Part shown: one piece after another, positions 61,701-64,000 of the stretch
How positions within the stretch are numbered: position 1 is the first letter of the stretch
Layout of the letters: each line of letters opens with the position of its first letter
Source of the DNA: an uncultured archaeon
Lineage (GTDB): Archaea > Thermoplasmatota > Poseidoniia > MGIII > CAYLMJ01
Assembly: GCA_964384995.1 (NCBI GenBank)
Contig: CAYLMJ010000003.1
Coordinates: 25,007-89,006, forward strand
DNA length: 64,000 nt
Direction: 5' to 3'
Translations under genes and position numbers: made by a program
The notes under the pieces: generated by a model
Told to the model about the DNA's origin: nothing
Databases searched by the model: none
Seen by the model: only the letters and a program-made list of their open reading frames with translations

Positions 61701-62583
61701 CTCCCTGGACACCATCACCCTCAACGGTTCAGGCACCGACTACGACGGCACCATCGTGTCCTATCAGTGGACCCTGGACAGCACCATCGTGGGCAGCAAG
61801 GCCGAGGTGGAGATCGGACCCCTCGACGCCGACACCTACACTGTCGGATTCAGGGTCAAGGATGACAACAACACCTGGTCCACCACGGTGACCGAGGCCC
61901 TGACGGTGGTGGCCACCAACCATCCACCAGAGGCCGTGATAGTCTCCATCACACCCCAGTACCAGGTTTCACCCGACACCTACATCATATTCATCGCTGA
62001 CGGATACGACAGTGACGGCTCGGTGGTCAACTACGAATGGTCCATCGATGGCACAGTGATCGATATCGGCACCGATGATGAGTACAGCACCGAGTTCAGC
62101 GAGGATGACCTGGCCGGCGGCAACCACACCGTGACCCTGCGGGTCAAGGACAACGAGGGAGCCTGGTCCGAACCGGTCGAGAGCTGGCTGGATGTCAAGG
62201 GGACCGGTGTGACCCCCCCGACCCTCGAGTGCATCCTGTCGGTGAATCCCACCTCGGCCAAGGTCCTGACCTCTATCTTGATCGACGCCTCGGCCTCCAC
62301 CGGGAACATCGTCAGCTACCACTACGATTTCGGCGATGGTGACACCAGGGGACCTGGGATGTATACCACCTCCAATCACCCCTATGACGAAGCCGGGACC
62401 TACACCATCACGGTGACGGTCACCGACGGGGACAACAACACCGACACCGCAACTGCCACAGTGGTCATCACCGCGGCCGATGATGGCGACGACGATGACG
62501 ATCCCGGTTTCGGTCTGATCGGCCTGATCAGCGCCCTGGTCCTGGTCAGCCTGGCCCGCCGACGCATCCGTCGCGGGAACTGA
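58726..62583 (+). CDS. Large PGF-CTERM-anchored surface (S-layer-like) glycoprotein with carboxypeptidase-regulatory-like and multiple PKD domains
   Basis: Signal peptide MPSSKQLVCLVLAIALTLSYLALPTSQA. Many N-x-S/T sequons and repeated PKD units (...FEWYIDDELVS...). The C-terminus ...DDDDDPGFGLIGLISALVLVSLARRRIRRGN is a PGF-CTERM archaeosortase sorting signal. Confidence 0.75.
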   Translation: MPSSKQLVCLVLAIALTLSYLALPTSQADGENATINGTVRNSDTTLPIENVTVDAYEQDGGGNYENDTNAAGAYTMDVVDGTYTLRASEWPDYYIFERNNVRVNEGQTRTEDIDLIPHGGENSGMEGTVYDAVTGDPLDGVWMYYRDADNETHWLGFTNGTGDYNESMLPGYWDLDVSKDGYRTVRDHGILLEDGNWLSGDHWLWPENSTLYGQVTDNVTGDPIEDALIYVYHGDHEDDDFYDNRTYTDDNGDYLFNLSAGFYNMEVYGPDGYYSNVMFHVPTMTLPNIEVGVDHDLEMDFALDPINFMGNITDKDSDPITFPPAIIMAFNMEGLAFGGDDDGDDDEGFPGFIAIPDENGSYELHLPEGDWLVIAMDFALMEDPDNATYDANLTRVTIEDATEMSYHDFTMWDLNSSVSGIITDPDGLPLENASVQLYNNHTVMFDESKIVFTNSAGEYQIEAGRGDFFLFVTYSEGEDDSPFDPAPYKTIIDTFTLGEEDDQVKNYQMEDSDPQVQYQNATMADDWQSMNTSIEMIMGLNQTQWLRLWLDGLIGNGDYYLSQEEIDRFNEIMDMGGGDDDDDDESPFKVDDIEFVEQGGFNATFTNAVGAWDSANPISLSGNGILEAEEEVSTRTMHSLEFNVSYHTESVTFLYNFTFPVVYTLDWNSSSDNVTFEGLNPIDIIVVQDPDPDDNQRDETVWIDMRKPNDLPTANITNIDPNPGTEGLEVLFEGEGTDEDGDIIAFEWYIDDELVSSEPSFTNDSLEPGNYTVKFRVQDDMEGWSEYDTEDLEIEALPNIPPKAIIDQLAPDHAPEGQDVNFQGHGEDDDGTIEAFEWYLDDTLLSDLQSFIRNNIPVGNYTVSFRVQDDDGVWSENATAELEIMDVNDPPEADIDDIEPNPAYPGKLITFTGSGTDDDGTIEAYEWQIDGWVASTSDTFSLDNLTIGTHNVQFAVMDNNDTWSEPVFDQVEIKGNEEPYASIDSITPSPPNSLDTITLNGSGTDYDGTIVSYQWTLDSTIVGSKAEVEIGPLDADTYTVGFRVKDDNNTWSTTVTEALTVVATNHPPEAVIVSITPQYQVSPDTYIIFIADGYDSDGSVVNYEWSIDGTVIDIGTDDEYSTEFSEDDLAGGNHTVTLRVKDNEGAWSEPVESWLDVKGTGVTPPTLECILSVNPTSAKVLTSILIDASASTGNIVSYHYDFGDGDTRGPGMYTTSNHPYDEAGTYTITVTVTDGDNNTDTATATVVITAADDGDDDDDPGFGLIGLISALVLVSLARRRIRRGN

Positions 62584-62701
62584 GTTGGGAACACCACCGG
62601 CCCCTTCCCGGTCCCATTCTGGGAAAGCCCTCATCCAGCAATGCCTGGGCCTCCAGGACCCATTTGGCCTCAGCGCCAGCGCCAGCCCCAGCCCTCCTGG
62701 T

Positions 62702-64000
62702 TCAACCGGCGGTCTGTTTCACGATGCTCTGGGCCAGGATGGGACCGATCCCCGGGAGTTTAGCCAGCTCCTCGGGCATCGCCCGAGCCAGTTCCCGCGG
62801 CTCGGTGAAGCCATTGCGATGGAGGGTCCGGGCCCTGACCCGGCCGATGCCCTCAAGGGTAAGCAGGTCCAGCAGTTCCTCCTTGACGCCGAAGGCGACC
62901 CGGCGATGGAGTGAGTCCAGCAGTGGCGCCAGTTCAGGCAGTTCCAGCCGGGCCAGCTGGGTGAAGGAGTAGAGCAGCCATTGGGCCGTGGTGGTGAGAT
63001 GGTGGATGTCGCCGGGGCCCACCCCGAAGCTCTCCACCAGGTGGTCCTCGCTGGCCTCGTTGGCCCAGGCTCTCAGCAGCATGGCGGTCTTGAAATGGCC
63101 CAGATGCTCCTCCAGGCCCTGCTCATCGGCCGGTGCCTCCACCAGCAGGTACTCCTCCTTCTCGTAGAGCTGTTCCAGCAGGTCGTAGCGCTCTTTGGGC
63201 CGGGCGTAGAGGCTGGTCATGTCGGGGGTGGCGCACAGGGCGTGGAGCAATCCCAGTTCGAGACCCTCCCGGGCGCGGTCGCCCCTTGCCAGCTCCGGGT
63301 CGGCCCGTCCCAGGGCCTCCCTGAGGCCCACGCCTCCCAGGGGGTCCAGGTAGAGCTGGGAGACCTTGGCCCCGAAGTCGGTGGCCATCAGACTCTCGCC
63401 GGTCATGTCCCGCGCCAGTTCGGCTCCGCTGGCGAACTCGCCGGACGGCGGAGGGCCGCCCGTACGCTGGATGAGCTCCTTCTCCTCCAGGAAATCCAGG
63501 ACCTTCTCGATGCGGGCATGAAGCCGCCACAGATCCTCGGAGTGGCCGTAGAATGTGGCGGCCAGGAAGCTCTCCACCTCCTCCCGGTTGCCGCAGTGGC
63601 CTGCGGCGATGGCCGCCAATAGATGGGTCCGCAGGGCCGCCTGGGAGCCCAGCTGGGAGACCAGGGGCTCGGGCCTGCCATGGAGATAGAGGTGACCCAT
63701 CTGCTCAGCCTGGCCCGGGTCCTTGACCATCAGCACCGCCTCGCCCAGGTCGTCGAAGCCGGGACGGCCCGCCCGCCCCATCATCTGGTGCACCTCCAGC
63801 ACCGGCAGAGGCGATGAGCCGCCCATCTCGAAATCGTACCTGAAAAGATCACGGACGATGACCCTCTGGGCCGGCAGGTTGACCCCGGCGGCCAGGGTGG
63901 GGGTGGCCACGATGACCCTGAGATGGCGAGCCCTGAAGGCCGCTTCCAGGGTCTCCCGGTGAGGCCCGGCCAAGCCGGCGTGATGGAATGCGATGCCCGC
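62702..64000 (-). CDS. hel308: Hel308/Hjm Ski2-like DNA helicase, C-terminal part; the gene continues beyond the window end
   Basis: ...HHAGLAGPHRETLEAAFRARHLRVIVATPTLAAGVNLPAQRVIVRD...QMMGRAGRPGFDDLGEAVLMV..., with a winged-helix/ratchet region and a C-terminal HhH (LAKLPGIGPILAQSIV). The frame is open to position 64000. Confidence 0.8.
   Translation of the reverse strand, partial: AGIAFHHAGLAGPHRETLEAAFRARHLRVIVATPTLAAGVNLPAQRVIVRDLFRYDFEMGGSSPLPVLEVHQMMGRAGRPGFDDLGEAVLMVKDPGQAEQMGHLYLHGRPEPLVSQLGSQAALRTHLLAAIAAGHCGNREEVESFLAATFYGHSEDLWRLHARIEKVLDFLEEKELIQRTGGPPPSGEFASGAELARDMTGESLMATDFGAKVSQLYLDPLGGVGLREALGRADPELARGDRAREGLELGLLHALCATPDMTSLYARPKERYDLLEQLYEKEEYLLVEAPADEQGLEEHLGHFKTAMLLRAWANEASEDHLVESFGVGPGDIHHLTTTAQWLLYSFTQLARLELPELAPLLDSLHRRVAFGVKEELLDLLTLEGIGRVRARTLHRNGFTEPRELARAMPEELAKLPGIGPILAQSIVKQTAG

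Overview
This 64 kb window is high-GC (about 63%) and archaeal. It has an initiator tRNA-Met with A1:U72 and three G:C pairs in the anticodon stem, a topoisomerase VI B fragment, Hel308, diphthine synthase, an Lrp/AsnC regulator, a PGF-CTERM surface protein and IDI-2/GGPP synthase lipid genes. Housekeeping content includes carAB, a membrane H+-pyrophosphatase, AdoHcy hydrolase and an ITPase. Secreted or anchored multidomain proteins are unusually dense: a frameshifted S8 subtilase with PKD domains, an ELWxxDGT-repeat giant, an M6 metalloprotease with PKD domains, an Ig-like protein, a PGF-CTERM protein and a beta-propeller protein. The most interesting region is an accessory locus at about 21.5-34.0 kb. 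It holds two paralogous pilin-like proteins with class-III-signal-peptide-like N-termini, one of them fused to a foreign-composition (about 38% GC) polytopic membrane domain. They bracket three paralogous large membrane proteins whose extracellular parts differ but whose cytoplasmic C-terminal module of unknown function is conserved. Four genes in the locus share a conserved promoter element, a GGGGACTTCCC-type palindrome 8-9 nt upstream of a TATATAG box, and a hicBA pair abuts the locus. Other notable items are two apparent frameshifts, one at a T8 homopolymer; a HerA/DUF87 ATPase translationally coupled to a HAM1 NTP pyrophosphatase; a pentapeptide-repeat/K+ channel fusion; and tandem repeats around tRNA-Leu.
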